Positions 63,464-64,000 of a stretch of 64,000 bases of DNA are shown in pieces. The DNA is taken from positions 7,894-71,893 of the IMG/VR virus record IMGVR_UViG_3300031998_000059; one strand, 5' to 3'. Position 1 is the first letter of the stretch, and every line of letters starts with the position of its first letter. This stretch comes from a virus. Its lineage: Duplodnaviria > Caudoviricetes. The notes beneath the pieces are model-generated. The model was not told where the DNA came from. It did not search any database and was given only the letters and a program-made list of their open reading frames with translations. Made by a program: the position numbers and the translations under genes.

Positions 63464-64000
63464 ATGGAAAACGTAATCAAAGGAATCAAGGGCTTCGACA
63501 ATGATTTGAAATGTCGTGGCTTTCAGTATGAGGTAGGCAAGGCCTATACGATGGATGGAGAGGTGAGCATATGTAAAAATGGTTTCCATGCCATACCTGA
63601 CGATGTAAGTCCTCTGGAAGTGTTCGATTATTACCCTCCTGTGACGGGCGGCAATCCGTCACGCTACTGCGAGGTGGAGGTCGGTGGAAAGACTGCAAGG
63701 GATTTGGATAAGGTTGCGGCATCTGAGATAAAGATTGGCGCAGAAATCGGAATCCCAGGACTTGTCAAGGCGCATATCGACTGGGTTAAAAGGAATGTAA
63801 CCAACGAATATAATGCGGAAACAGAAAAGCCGGTCACGGCTGGCGAATATGGTGCTGCCACGGCTGGCAATCGTGGTGCTGCCACGGCTGGCTATGGTGG
63901 TGCTGCCACGGCTGGCTATGGTGGTGCTGCCACGGCTGGCGAATATGGTGCTGCCACGGCTGGCAATGGTGGTGCTGCCACGGCTGGCGAATATGGTGCT
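63464..64000 (+). CDS. DUF7666-like protein with ATAGxxGA repeats (partial)
   Basis: KGFDNDLKCRGFQYEVG...GFHA; runs off the window. Confidence 0.75.
   Translation, partial: MENVIKGIKGFDNDLKCRGFQYEVGKAYTMDGEVSICKNGFHAIPDDVSPLEVFDYYPPVTGGNPSRYCEVEVGGKTARDLDKVAASEIKIGAEIGIPGLVKAHIDWVKRNVTNEYNAETEKPVTAGEYGAATAGNRGAATAGYGGAATAGYGGAATAGEYGAATAGNGGAATAGEYGA
63836..64000 (+). repeat. 24-bp coding tandem repeat, at least 7 units
   Basis: ACGGCTGGC-N6-GGTGCTGCC. Confidence 0.9.

Noticed and set aside
63836-64000. CRISPR array
   Set aside because: The variable part is only 6 nt, the units are in-frame coding repeats, and there are no cas genes.
1-64000. Stop-codon reassignment (TAG/TGA recoding)
   Set aside because: All long structural genes are intact under code 11, and TAG, TGA and TAA all end real genes.

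Overview
64 kb of a temperate long-tailed (siphovirus-like) phage of a Bacteroidales host. The host call rests on TAnnTTTG promoters, a Bacteroidetes-type integrase and a tRNA-Arg-like att core. No host genes are seen and attP looks intact at about 50.35-50.58 kb, so this is probably the excised or virion form. Order of modules: lysis (0.9-3.6 kb); HNH/wHTH/recombinase module (3.9-6.5); tail fibre, tail hub and tape measure (minus strand, 6.6-21.3); a 9-10 gene Cys-rich cluster led by a Mor-like regulator (21.5-25.0); tail and head genes with an embedded four-gene glycosylation cluster (25.2-34.9); terminase and portal (plus strand); D5-like helicase and TerS-like gene around a strand-skew switch (about 42.3 kb); an AT-rich early region; two more tyrosine recombinases; immunity; an ncRNA-rich tract; RecT/YqaJ; replication; and DNA methyltransferases. 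Best candidates for undescribed systems: (1) a split C5 methyltransferase whose target-recognition modules are a staircase of overlapping +1-frame mini-ORFs; (2) two tandem anticodon-less tRNA-like RNAs; (3) a probable virion glycosylation system with matching GSSSS motifs on three virion proteins; (4) a repeated attenuator motif ahead of late genes; (5) the Cys-rich cluster with a divergent 104-nt hairpin RNA. All family assignments are by eye from motifs; no database searches or folding programs were run.
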